Positions 11,458-24,920 of a stretch of 64,000 bases of DNA are shown here, piece by piece (position 1 is the first letter of the stretch; every line of letters starts with the position of its first letter). The translations under genes and the position numbers were made by a program. Source of the stretch: Octopus sinensis (taxonomy: Eukaryota); the NCBI RefSeq assembly GCF_006345805.1, contig NC_043005.1, forward strand, positions 93,992,001-94,056,000. The letters run 5' to 3'. A model generated the notes under the pieces. That model was not told the origin of the DNA. It was given only the letters and a program-made list of their open reading frames with translations, and did no database searches.

Positions 11458-11745
11458 GTGGAGGCGCAATGGCCTAGTGGTTAGGGCAGCGGACTCGCGG
11501 TCGAAGGATCGCGGTTTCGATTCCCAGACCGGGCATTGCGAGTATTTTATTGAGCGAAAATACCTTAAGCTCCACGAGGCTCCGGCAGGGGGTGGTAGCG
11601 ATCCTTGCTGTACTCTTTCGCCACAACTTTCTCTCACTGCGGGGTGGCGTCATTTGAAGGCTAAAACAATGCAAAGCGATTGTGACCAGCCATGTGTAGC
11701 AACATATGATAGCCTGGTCGGTCACGGTGATCACGGTGATATATA
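11458..11745 (+). mobile_element. tRNA-derived SINE
   Basis: A box TGGCCTAGTGG and B box GGTTTCGATTCCC, non-tRNA body, ends in acggtgat repeats, inserted in (TA)n. Confidence 0.8.
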
Positions 11746-11930
11746 CTTATATATAATATATATATCTATATTTAATATATATATATATATATATATCTAC
11801 ACCACTAAACGGTATACACAGGTGCTTATAATTATCAAGTACTCACCCCGAATTTCTATACTCAACTCACGTACGTTGTCACTAGGATCTGATCCCACGT
11901 AACCGCGACAACCTTTAGTACTTGACGAAC

Positions 11931-14434
11931 CCAAGCATGAAGATTCAAGGATTCACACAAACTTCTCCCCCAAGGACATACCTCTCCACTCCGACAAAAC
12001 TTACACGACGACTCTCATCCACCGGACCACAGACTTTATTAGAAGAATCAGGTGGGCGGCCTACCATTTCGATAACCCGGAGAAAAGCAACCCCAACTCT
12101 AACCAAGAAGAAATAGCACACAGGAAGATATTTAAAAGCAGAAGAAACCCACCTCTAACTACGCACTGGAAAATTTTGAAAAAGACTTAATCGACCTCAT
12201 TACCAACATCAACATTAGTAAACATAAGACCATTTCCAACACCCACTTAAGGAGCCTTAAAGATTTCCTGCATTCACTTAGGAACGATGATAGTCTTATC
12301 ATACCCGCCGACAAGACCGGGAACTGGTATAGGCTAGACTACCAAACCTACAAATCGCTCATCATGAGGGAACTTAGCAAAAAGTATAAAACTACTTCTA
12401 CGGATAACCTTAAGGAAATTAACTACAAAATCAAGGAAGTTATGAGCAAATTAGACCTCCTGGACAGAACAGAACCTATTAAACCACAAGTACCCAAAAT
12501 TACTATTAAAGACCATAAGAAAGACTTCCCAGATAGTGTAGGAGTACGATTAATCTGTCCGACTAAATCGGATATCGGCAGACTTAGCAAGACTATCCTG
12601 GACAAGGTGATCCCACACATCAAACCCCACATCCCACTCCAACTATGGATTAACACCGACGACGATGTGCTAGAATGGTTTAACACTATCACCAATAGGC
12701 CCGACTACTCATTCATCCAATTCGACATAGCTAGCTACTACGCCAGTATATCCCCCATCTTACTTAACAAATCCCTTATTTTGCCCGCAACCTTTCACTC
12801 ATAGACAGAGAAAAAATTGACATAATTCTATTAGCTAGAAAAACCATAATAGAATTCGACGGTAGACTCTGGACCAGATCCGATACCCCCGACAATTCGA
12901 TGTGCTATGGGCTCGAGCGATTCAGCTCAGGTGACTGACTTGGTCGGGGCCTACCTGCTCAAGAAGCTTTTCTCCGAGGTACCGGATCTTCAGGGGGGTC
13001 TATACAGAGACGACGCTCTCTTCATATACCCCACCAACAATAGGAGTAAACTAGAAAGAATTAGGATAAAGATCAGGCTTTTTTTCAAATCCTTCAATCT
13101 TAAACTAGAATTTATGACCAATACTAAAATAGTAAACTTCTTAGATGTTACGTTAGATTTGAATAAGCACCTTCACCACCCGTATAGGAAACCCGAAGAA
13201 ACTACCAAATACATCCATACCTCTTCCAACCATCCACCATGTATAATTAGCACCACGGTCCAAGCCATCTCAGACAGACTGACAAAACTATCCTCTAATA
13301 GAGAAATTTTCAATAATCATGCACAACACTACAACCAGGCTCTCTATAGTGCGGGTATAACCAGAGAATATCATATGTAGACCACCCGGGAGCGTCCGTC
13401 GGCCATAAGACTCCCATTATAATCGAACTCAGCACTCAACTCACACTAGCGATAATTCTAATTTAAACTCCAAACAACGTATAGGAAATAGGCGAACTAA
13501 TAGAATAGCACACAATAGTAACCCTCCCGACGAGAGCAATATAGATCCTATTAGGAGAAATGGAAGGGATAATAGCAGATTACGCAAATATATATGGTTC
13601 AACATACCTTTCAACTTAGCAGTTAGGGGTAAGTTATGTAAGAGAATATTCTCTATAATTTCCAACAACTTCCCACCCACCCACAAGTATAGAAGTATCT
13701 TCTCCAACAAAACTATTAGGATTTCCTACTCTACCCTGCCCAACATGAGCTGCCTCATAGCTAAACATAACTATATTAATATTAGAACAGCTAGATCAAG
13801 AGCAAACCATAACGACCAACAGAACCCCCCTCATCTAGACAGCAGACAATATAACCAGACTGGCAGCCATACTACCCAAACAGTTAGTAATAACACCCGC
13901 CAACACAACAGAGGAAATACTACACCCATCAACAACCAGGAGGATACCACTCGTATTGCAACACCTCCGCCTGGGATTAGCAGCACACGACCGAATAATG
14001 CAACGCAATGCAACTGCAGATGTGCATCAGAGTGCCCGCTGCAGGGCGCATGTAGGGCGAAAAACGTAATATACTCATGTGAGGTGAGTACTCAGTTTAA
14101 CACACTCACCTATATTGGTTGCTCAACCTCCTGGAAATCCAGATACTACAACCACCGGTCCTCGCTGAGACACAGACATAAGGCTAACAGCACCTCCCTC
14201 TCTAAAAGAATTTGGGAATTAAAAGACAAATGCATAGGCTTCAAACTCAGATGGTCCATCATCGGATCAGCTGCACCTTATTTAAATAATAGAGCAGGAT
14301 GCCAACTATGTTGTGTAGAACTCCTGAACATCTTGAAATTCAAAGACAAACACAATCTTATTAACAAAAGGTCAGAGTTCAAACCATCCTGTATACATAA
14401 ACTTATTAATACTTTCAAATACTACAATGCTTAG
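11931..14434 (+). pseudogene. PLE RT-GIY-YIG polyprotein in several frames
   Basis: Colinear ORF pieces 12364-12804, 12907-13380 and 13745-14434. Confidence 0.9.
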
Positions 14435-16343
14435 GTCCTATACCGGCTTCCCCATGCAATTTCCTCCCACCCGGTGCAACCTGTCGGCTCCAGCACATCC
14501 CGCTTTCCTATATGTGCGTGTATATGTGTATGTGTGTGTGTGTACATATGTATGTGCACATACGTGTACGTATGTGTACATATATATATATATATGTACA
14601 TGTGCGTGTGTGTGTGTGTGTGGGTGTGTGTATGTGCATATACGGTTCCCTGCATTTTCCTCCTATATATACAAATTTTGTCTCCCATATATGACTTCTT
14701 TTCCCTAAATATTTCTTCTCCTACACCCATATCCTCCCTATGTAGTCTCTTTAATTCCTATATCTATACCCTTTCACATTTCTAACTCGGATGTTGAACG
14801 CACACGCCAAACTCCACTTCCCACCCTTCCAATTTTCAGTTCCCCCCGCCCGCCCCTACGTTAAACACACCTCTAACTTTCAACCACCTTCATCTCATGT
14901 TAAACTTTACCAAATTATATTTTATCTTATTTTATTTATTTTTATTTTATGTACTTTTATTTTTATTTTTATTTTTACTTTTATCCTACTTCCATTTATT
15001 TTTATTTTAATTTTATTTTTACGTTATTCTACTTCCATTTATTCTCATTTTATTTTCATCCCTTACCTTAACTCTTATAATTTTTATAATTCTTATATTT
15101 CATTTCTAACTATTACATTGTATTTCTTATTTTATACTGTATTTTTTATTTCTAATCTTTACCCTTACCCTCATTCTTACCCATAACTTATCGCTTTACA
15201 CCTCCATATATGTTTATTTACTTACCTATGGATCCACTTTTTGACTATACGAGCGTCCGCGTACGTGTGTATACGCATACATACATATGCACACGCATAT
15301 ATGTACATGCATACTTCGATATCTTATAGCTATACCCATGTGCGCGTGTGTCTCTGTGTGTGTGTATGAGTGTATATGTGCACGCACATACGGACACACA
15401 GCCGTGTGTGCGTGCACGTATAGACATGAGTACGGGATTCTTTACATACGTTCTTATACACATCCTTTAATATCTTATACCTAGACCTAGAGGCGTGGGC
15501 ATATACGTGTGTGTATGTAGTGATGGGCGCGCGTATATACATGTGAGTGTGTACGCGTATAATGTCCGGTATACATGCGGATATTGTTGTTGTATGTATG
15601 TGTGTGTACGCGCGCGTGCGTGTGGGTGCGTGTGTGTTTATGTACGTGTTTACACGCGAGTGCGTGTGTATGCTTATATGCTTATAAGCTTGGAGGCGTA
15701 TATGTACGCGTGTATGTGGGTGTATGTATCCATGATGATATGTATGTACTAGAAGTCCATTTAATTCAAGGAACCAGATTAAATGCTCATCAGCTCTGAT
15801 TTACAACGCATTAGGTCCCCAGACGAAACTGTTGATTACTGACAATTCTACAACTAAATTTTATCAATCTCCTGACCACCATGCTTGGTCCGTAACCTCT
15901 ACACATCCCTTATCTTTACATTCTTTTACACTTTTATCATGTTTTTATCAGGTTTTTTTACTTTTATTTCTATTTCTATTTTTACTTATAACCTTATGCC
16001 TTTACATTTATTTATATTTCTTATATTTCTTTATACCCCCTTTACATCTCCTTACAACTCTTTTATCTTTATCCTCTATTTTTATATTTTTATACTTACA
16101 CTTTTTATACATTTTTTATCCCTCGTCCCGAACTCTCGCCCCTCCATCTTCACCTCTATATATGTATTTATTTATTTACATTACCTCAACATCCAATTTT
16201 CCTCATTCTACATTGAGAGAGAAGAAAGAGATGGACGCTTCAATTCTATGCTGCTGCCGCATTATGTCGTACGTGAATGAGAGGATTTGCATCCCCAACC
16301 AAGAATTTTTGATGTAACACATGTCCTTGTGGAAGCTGTGTGC

Positions 16344-16420
16344 GCGGCTGAAGAAGGCACAGACATACATTATGCATTGTTATAAACCTGTCTAATAAAG
16401 GCCCGAAACATATGTACCGC
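16344..16420 (+). ncRNA. Type I hammerhead ribozyme in PLE terminus
   Basis: GCGG-CTGAAGA-A-GGC...(AGACA/TGTCT)...GCC-C-GAAA-CATATG-TA-CCGC; perfect 4-bp stem I, palindrome ACATATGT, GUA site after 16416. Confidence 0.8.
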
Positions 16421-16533
16421 TGAATCCTTCGCATCATGTTTTTATTTTATTTTGATCAATTTACTCCACCACCTACACCACTAAACGGTATACACAGGTG
16501 CTTATAATTATCAAGTACTCACCCCGAATTTCT

Positions 16534-16544
<11 letters not shown>

Positions 16545-16569
<25 letters not shown>

Positions 16570-17325
16570 AATTGATAAATAAAATAATACATATGCATAT
16601 ATACATACATGTGTGTACGTACCTATCTCTACATGTATATATACATGCATATATGGGTACAGGGCACCAAAAAAACGTCGAACACAATGAGAAACGGAAA
16701 CATAAACACAAAACCAACAAAAAATAGAGTACATGACATACAATACAAGGAAAATTCCCCTTCTTCAGTCGCCTTTGTTTCATCTAGTCCGCGTTTCGAA
16801 GGTCAAGGCGAGACACGACTTTAATGAAACATTCCTTCCCGCGAAAAGCAAATTAAATAAAATTTGAGATTTTTTTTGCGGAGGGGTAAAATTGGTAACA
16901 AAAACAGGACAGTAATGACAGTACAAAATATAAACAGTAAAATATAGGACAAGGAGAATAACAGTAACACAGACAAGAAGGGCTGTTAAGCCGAATGAGA
17001 TAAAATGTTACGAACGCTATTTTTGAGAACGGCGAAGGAGCCACAGAAAATGCCGTCTACACTTGAGGGAAGCCAGGTCAGAAAGACAGTAGCAGAGCTC
17101 TCGTCACGGGTCAACGACGGGAGGGAGGAGGAGGAGCAAGAGAAAGGGTGAGAAAAAAAGGGAATGGTTGTAGAGAAAACTATAAAGAATGAAGAATGAG
17201 AGAGAGAGAGAGGGAGAGAGAGTAAGGTAGAAGAAAAGGAAACACAAAAGAATGAAGGCTGAGAAAGGGAGGGGGACAGAAAGGTTAAGAGTGCGCATCA
17301 TTATTAATATTAAGAACAATCTTAA
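16545..17325 (-). mobile_element. ORF-less PLE-like 3' segment (same family as 57833-59415)
   Basis: Shares gaaacataaa...aatacaaggaa...tccccttc and ttaagagtgcgc.tcattatt with 57833-58603; (TA)n flanks. Confidence 0.6.
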
Positions 17326-17374
17326 TTAGACATATATACATATATATATGCATACATATATATAATACATATAT

Positions 17375-17476
<102 letters not shown>

Positions 17477-17532
17477 CATACATATATATATATATACATA
17501 TATACATATACACACATATATTATATATATAC

Positions 17533-17563
<31 letters not shown>

Positions 17564-17677
17564 CATACACATATATATATACACATATATGTACATACAT
17601 ATATATATATACATATATATATATATACATATTATACATATATATATATACATATATATATACACATATACATATAC

Positions 17678-17717
<40 letters not shown>

Positions 17718-17744
17718 AATATATAATATACACATATACATATA

Positions 17745-19115
17745 TCATCATCATCACCATCATCATCATTGTTTAGCGTCCGTTTTCCATGCTAGCATGG
17801 GTTGGACGGTTCAACTGGGGTCTGGGAAGCCAGAAGGCTGCACTAGGCCCAGTCTGATCTGGCAATGTTTCTACGGCTGGACGCCCTTCCTAACGCCAAC
17901 CACTCCGTGAGTGTAGTGGGTGCTCTTTACATGCCACCGGCATGGGGGCCAGGCGAGGCTGGCAATGGCCACGAACGGATGGTGCTTTTTTCGTGCCACC
18001 GGCACGAAAGCCAGTCGGGGCGGACTGGCAACGGCTACGTTCAGATGGTTCTCTTACTGATGTTGATCAATTTTGATTTCTCACTTGCCTCAACAGGTCT
18101 TCACAAGTAGAGTTTTGTGTCCCAAGAAGGAAAGGTATGCATAAGTGGACTGGCACATCCCATGTAAAGGCCATGGGTTATGGTCTCACTTGTCTTGCCG
18201 GGTCTTCTCACACACAGCACACTTCCAAATGTCTCGGTCTCTAGTCATTTCCTCAGTGAGACCTAAAGTTCGAAGGTCGTACTTCACCACCTCGTCCCAG
18301 GTTTTCCTGGGTCTGCCTCTTCCACAGGTTCCCTCAACCACTGGTGTGTGGCACTTCACACAACTATCTTCATCCATTCTCGCCACATGACCATACCAGC
18401 ACGAACGTCTCTCTTGCACACCACAACTGATGCTTCTTAGGTCCAGCTTTTCTCTCAAGGTACTTACACTCTGTCGAGTATGAACACTAACATTACACAT
18501 CCATCGGAGCATACTGGCTTCATTTCTTGCGAGCTTACACATATCCTCAGCAGTCACGGCCCATGTTTCACTGCCATGTAGCATGGATGTTCATACACAT
18601 GTGTCATACAGACTGCCTTTTACTCTGAGCGAGACGCCTTTTGTCACCAGCAGAGGTAGGAGCTCTCTGAATTTTGCCCAAGCTATTCTTACTCTAGCAG
18701 TTACACTTTCAGCACACCCACCCCTGCTACTGACTTGGTCACCTAGGTAACGGAAGCTATCAACTATTTCTAATTTTTCTCCCTGGAATGTGGCAGAAGT
18801 TGGTCTCAGAGCATTTTCAGTGTTTATTGCTCCTGAACATCTGCCACATACAAAAACTATCTTCCTAGTTAGCCTTCCTTTGACATTGTTGCACCTCTTA
18901 TGTGTCCATAGCTTACACTTGGTGCATCTTATAGAGTTTCTACCTACACCTTTTCTACAGATCAAGCAGGGCCATCTTCCTGAAGGCGTTTGTGATTTGT
19001 CTACCTTCCTACTTATTAGGACTTTGGTTTTAGCTAGGTTAACTCTAAGGCCCTTCGAGTCTAATCCTTGCTTCCACACCTGAAATTTCTCCTCCAGTTC
19101 TGATAGTGACTCAGC
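17745..19115 (-). mobile_element. RTE LINE 3' part (RT C-terminus with Cys-rich insert, 3' UTR, (GAT)n tail)
   Basis: AESLSELEEKFQVWKQGL..KGLRVNLAKTK, FRYLG, MLHGSETW, GRPRKTW. Confidence 0.9.
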
Positions 19116-19149
19116 AAATATATATATATAATAATAATAAATAGGGATG

Positions 19150-20164
19150 AGGTTTGATATCGACTTCGCTTGCCTCAACAGGTCTTTGTGTGTCCAAGGG
19201 AGGAAAGGCATGCATAAGTGGGCTGGACTCACTTGTCCTGCCTGGTCTTTTCACGCACAGCATATTCCCAAAGGTCTCGGTCGCTGGTCATTTCCTCAGT
19301 GAGACCTAAAGTTTGAAGGTCGTGCGTCACCACTTTGTCCCAAGTTTTCCTGGGTCTACCTCTTCCACGGGTTCCCTCCACTGCTAGGGATTGGCACTTT
19401 TTCACGCACCTATCTTCATCCATTCTTGCCACATGACCATACCAGCGCAATCGTCTCTCTTGCACACCACAACTGATGCTCCTTAGGTCCAACATTTCTC
19501 TCAGGGTACTAACGCTCTGTCGAGCATGCACACAAACATTACACATCCATCGGAGCATACTGGCTTCATTTCTCGCGAGCTTACGCATGTCCTCAGCAGT
19601 CACGGCCCATGTTTCGCTGCCATGTAGCATGGCTGTTCATACACATGCATCATACAGTCTGCCTTTTACTCTGAGCGAGAGGCCTTTGGTCACCAGCAGA
19701 GGTAAGAGCTCCCTAAACTTTGCCCAGGCTATTCTTACTCTAGCCGTTACACTTTCAGCACACCCACCCCTGCTACTGACTTGGTCACCAAGATAATGGA
19801 AGCTATCAACTACTTCTAGTTTTTCACTCTGGAAAGTGACGGAAGTTGTTTTCTGCAGATTTTCAGAGGTTAATGCTCCCAAGCATCTGCCACATACAAA
19901 AACCATCTTCCTAGTTAGCCTTCCTTTGACATTGCTGCACCTCTTATGTGTCCATAGCTTACACTTGGTGCATCTTATAGAGTTTCTACCTACACCTTTT
20001 CTACAGATCGAGCAGGGCCATCTACCTGAAGGCGTTTGTGATTTGTCTACCTTCCTACTTATTAGGACTTTGGTTTTAGCTAGGTTGACTCTAAGGCCCT
20101 TCGATTCTAAACCTTGCTTCCACACCTGGAACTTCTCCTCCAGTTCTGATAGTGACTCAGCTAT
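19150..20164 (-). mobile_element. Second RTE LINE 3' part, head-to-tail with the former
   Basis: ORFs 19637-20125 and 19229-19630 carry the same motifs; diverged from the neighbouring copy. Confidence 0.9.
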
Positions 20165-20181
20165 TTAATGTTATTAAATAA

Positions 20182-21038
20182 CTATTGTTTATCAGGAAAC
20201 TTATTATATAAGTAAAGTAACCTGTGTCTGCATTTTATTTTGCGCTCTTCACCTGTATTCAGTAAATTATCATACTTATAAAATAAAATTTCCTTAAACT
20301 CATTAGAGCATAAATAACAAAAATTCGCTCCTATAGTATATGATTTAGTTTTACAAATTATTTCCCAAGATAAATTATAATTAATATTTTGTGATTTAAG
20401 TCTCCAAATGTACTTGCTAAGTCCAGTGGAGTTGATTAAGTTTTTATTTTTAAAAGAATTCAGATGTTGTGCGATTCTTAATTTTATTTTAGAGGAAGTA
20501 GACCCTATATAAATCGCTTTTGGGTAATTATTATTCTTAAAATTATTATCATGTAATGTAACTATACATTTATACACTACATCATTAATATCACATTTAT
20601 TATTTAATTTACATTTAGATTTATCTCTACAAGTACAGTTAATATATGTCTTATCTTTATTATTAGTATTATTAAATAATTTATTTTTATAAAAATTATT
20701 CAGTTTAAATTTGTTAAATGAAGAAATAAAGTTACCTACATTATTAGTGGTGGAATAACCTACTCCAAAATTATTACTAGAGAAAATGTTTTTATATTTA
20801 CGATTATCTCGAATAAAAAGTTCGATAATATCTAAAATCTCTTTAATAATATTCATTTTAACTTGATCACCATAAGGAACTATTAGCCAAATTTTATTCT
20901 TATTTACCTTCTTATTATTATAACTGTCATTATTATTATTGTATTTATATTTCTTTATCATATTAAAATTATTACTATTATCAGATTTATATCTATGTAC
21001 AACATTTAAAGAATTATTAATGTTATTAATTTTATTAA

Positions 21039-21079
<41 letters not shown>

Positions 21080-23100
21080 TTCTTATTTTTATTTTTATTA
21101 TTTTTATTTTTATAATTTCTAATATTTTTACCACTAATACTAACAAAATTATAATTATTATTAATATAATTATCTCTAAAATTATTAGTTATATCTTTAT
21201 CATTAATTTTATTATAAAATTTAATATTCCTATTATAACCTGCCTCTCTAAGGGCCTCATTATAATAAGGAACATGTTTATTAAAAATCTCTATATCATA
21301 AGAGAGTAATGAAATACGTTTACTTATATTATTAATCAACGATTTTTTAATAGAATGTGGGTGATTACTATTAACATTTATATATCTAAGGTTCTCATTA
21401 ATTTTATGATATGGTTGTGTTTTACCTGTAATTAGATTAAAATTAACATCTAAATAATTAACATTAGAATTCTCCTTATATATAGTGATACTTAAACCAT
21501 ATCTTTTAAAGAAACTATAAAGTTTTTTCTTATATACTTCTAGATTCCTATTAGTACAATTCTTTGTAATTAGTAGAAGGTCATCCCTATATAAACCACC
21601 CTCTATCTTTAGATTTTCTAATTGGAGTTCAGATAAAAGATAAATACCTACTAAATATGTACTTGTGCAGAATCAGGTGCTCCCATAGGTATATCAAAAC
21701 AATCCCTAGTATCTTTCCTAGCCCATAATTTATTTTTATATTTAATGAGCGATTTTCTAGTCATTTTAATTACATTAACTTCTTCAAATGTCATTCCCTC
21801 TTTATTCATTGCGAAAATAAGGGCCTTATTAAACACAATTTCATTAATAGAAGAATAATAATTATCTATATCTATTTGAATAAATTTATAACGATTTTTA
21901 TCTTTAATATTATTAAACCATTTCAAAGTATTATTATTACTAAACCATAATTTTAAATAATTAAGTTTATTTAATTTATTAATATATTTATCTAAAATAA
22001 ATTTACTTAATTTACCTAGGTCAGATTTACATGGACAAATTAATCTAACTTTAGGGTCTGAATAAAAATTATCTTTATGGTCTTTCAGAGTAATTCTGGG
22101 GTGCAAAGGTACATAAGGTTCAGTTTTATTATCCAATTCATAGTTTATCATTACTAATTTAGGGGCCTTATTAATATTATAAAGTATACTATCTGGAACA
22201 ATTTAATATTTTTTAATTATTTCTTTCTCTAAACGTTTATCATATAATTTAACATCCAATTATCAGATTGTACTATAATACCTTCCATATTTCTCATATC
22301 TTTAATTCTAATTGCTAAATTTCTTAAATATTCATTATTTCTATTTGGGTATTTATGGAATTTGATATTTTTTACCACCTTCCATATATTATCTTCTAGT
22401 AATTGTAAGTCTTTATTAAATGGAGGTTCCTTTTTGGATTTAAATTTAGAGGTAAAATTATCATTCATACTATCATTAATATTAAATATATAATAATTAT
22501 AATAATAAGCTTTCCATTTAATTCTAGAAATAAAACCTTTAATATTATTAATAAGTTTCAAAATAAATTCCTTTCTAGAAGGTATAGGAATATCTTTCAA
22601 TGAGGAATTCCAAAATAGCGGTTCTATCTTACCTGTAAATTCCATAATTTACGAAATTGAGGTATTACACTCAATATACAAAATTATCAATATATTAAAT
22701 AATAATAAATATTAGGGAATAAATCCAAATTTACAGGGAAAAATCAGATTTAGGATTGAATCCAATTTTATAGTAAAATATAATATAATATTAATTAGAG
22801 ACAGAACCACTATTATGCAAATCAAACAAAGAAAGACTTAATCCAATACATAAAAATTTTTATATAAATTAAATATATTTAAGATATCCACTACGATCGT
22901 TTCTTGTCACTTCAATGGACATTCATCAGGTGGTTTCAAGACCAGACTCAATATTCAATAAACAGTTATATATTTAATATACATTAATAAGAAATTAATT
23001 AATACAATGAAATACCATCTATAATCTAACTATAATTAAAACCTAAACTACATAACTAAAATAAATTATTATAAAAGTACTCTAAACACTTAAAATTTAT
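20182..23100 (-). mobile_element. AT-rich Penelope-like element (same clade type as 11797-16537)
   Basis: KDIPIPS, VRLICPCKSDLG, QIDIDNYY, PMGAPDSAQV, GGLYRDD; CTCRDKSKCKLNNKC linker; VVY...IYIG endonuclease; poly-Asn insert. Confidence 0.9.
22888..22933 (-). ncRNA. Canonical type I hammerhead ribozyme upstream of the PLE ORF
   Basis: Minus: CCAC-CTGATGA-A-TGTC-CATTGAAGT-GACA-A-GAAA-CGATCG-TA-GTGG; perfect stem I, palindrome ACGATCGT, GUA site between 22892 and 22891. Confidence 0.85.
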
Positions 23101-23102
23101 AA

Positions 23103-24920
23103 GACGAAGGCAGGTGGAATACAAACAATTGTATTAGTATGGTGCTCAGGAAATATAAATAAAACAAGTCTTTAACATTTTGAACCTACGCTCTTCAACA
23201 GAAAGATACACAGAGGAGAAACACAGAAAGAAGGAGAGAAAAAAAATGCGTACAGAGGCTAGCGAATCAACATGGCGATCTGATTTCGGCCAGAAGTCAA
23301 AGATCAAACGTGAGACGCAAGAGCGAAATTAGGGGAGATAATAGGATTAAATGACCTCGCTCCAACATAAGAGTGTGTGTGTGTGTATGAGAAGAGTGTG
23401 TGTGTGTGTATGAGAGAGTATTAGTGCGTATGAGAGGTCGGGACGTGTGTATGTATATATTATGTGATGTGTAAAGTCGTATGGTGTAGTGTAGAGAGAG
23501 GAGATGAGGGAAGAGGGGGAGGGGGAAGAGGGGATGGGGGAGGGGGAGGGGGAGAAAGAAAGGGGAGAAGAGGAGGGGGAAGGGGGAGAAGGAAGGAGAG
23601 GAGAAGAGGAGGGGAGAGAAGGGGGAGAAGGAAGGAGAGGAGAAGAGGAAGGGAGAGGAGGAGGGAGGATAGAGGGAGAGGGGGAGAGAGAGAGAAGAGG
23701 AGTGAGGGAGCAGAGAGAAAGAGGGAAGGGGAAGAGGGAAGAAGGAGGGAGGGAGAATGAGGGAAGAAGGGAAGAGGAGTATGGGTGAAAGGATGAAGGA
23801 CTGAAGAGAAGTAGGGGTCGGGGGGGGGAGGTTAGATGAGGAGGGGGGAGAGGGGGGTTAGATGAGGAGGCGGGGAGAGTTGAGACCAAATGGCGTATAA
23901 GAGCGAAGAGAGAAGATTAATTCCTGTTCACGGCGCAAACGGGAATCCGGATGGCCTCTGTGTAAGGACAAACCGAACACAGACAGGTGTTGCAAGGAGT
24001 GACCGGTGGAGCGGAAATGGCGTGAGACCGGTGTGTCGTTTGCAAGGCGGATGTCACGGAGGTGTTCCGCGAACCGGTCAGCCAAGCAGCGTCCCGTTTG
24101 TCCAATGTACAGGGAATGGCAGAGAGAGCAAGAGATGCAATAGATAATATTGCTGGAGGTGCAGGTGAAGGAGTGGATGATGCGATAGGGTTGATGATGG
24201 GTGCCAGTGAGGAGGGTGGTGTTGGAGAGGTAAGGGCAAGTGCGGCAACGTGGGCGGGAGCAGGGGAACGAGTCAGGTTGGGAGGTAGGGTCAGGGAAGG
24301 AGCTATGGACCAAAAGGTCTCGAAGGTTATGGGCTCGTTTGAAAGAGGGGAGGGATCGGTTAGGGAAGAGGTGTGAAGTAGACGGGTCGGACTGGAGATG
24401 ACAGAAAGCTCGAAGAATGGTGCGTTGGAGAGGTAGGGTTGTGGGGTGGTAAGTGAGGGGAAAAGGGAGGCGGGAGACTACAGGGCAGGTTCGGGGAGAG
24501 AGAGCAGATACACGGTCCATGGAACGTGCTCTGGCAAGGGCAGTGTGGATAGTGGTGAGGGGGTACCCACGTAGGATGAAGTGGTGAGCCATACGTTGAG
24601 ACTGAGTCTCAAAGTCATGGTCGTCACTACTGAGCCTACGTAGACGGAGGAATTGGGAATAGGGGATGGAAAGGTTGGTGTGTTCTGGGTGGGAGGAAGA
24701 GAAGTTGAGGTATGAGTGTGAGTCTGTGTGTTTGTAATGAATGGAGGTGGTAAGAGTGGAGTGAAGAATGCTAACCGAAATGTCGAGGAAGGCGACAGAG
24801 GTGTTGGAGATAGTGGAAGTGAAGTGGAGGGCTGGATGGAAAGATTGAACGAAAGAGAGGAAGGAATCTAGATGTTCACGGGAGAGTGAGGTGGCACCGA
24901 TAATGTCGTCAATGTAACGA

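Larger units (their letters stand above)
11797..16537 (+). mobile_element. Near-full-length Penelope-like element (probably Hydra-clade type), frameshifted ORF, long 3' UTR, 65-bp terminal direct repeat
   Basis: RT motifs VRLICPTKSDIG, QFDIASYY, MGSSDSAQVTDLVG, GGLYRDD, FLDVTLDL; CNCRCASECPLQGAC linker; VIY...YIG endonuclease. 11797-11861 is identical to 16473-16537; both flanks are (TA)n. Confidence 0.92.

Noticed and set aside
11461-11535. Functional tRNA gene (also 44700-44773)
   Set aside because: A and B boxes are present, but the head continues into SINE bodies found in other copies and no convincing cloverleaf is evident.
11931-14434. Permuted (N-terminal endonuclease) or selenoprotein-type PLE
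   Set aside because: The endonuclease is C-terminal in all PLEs here, and I saw no pattern of in-frame TGA at conserved Cys positions.
23347-23889. Pro/Ser-rich and Gly/Glu/Arg-rich ORFs
   Set aside because: Low-complexity purine/pyrimidine tract of the PLE 3' UTR.
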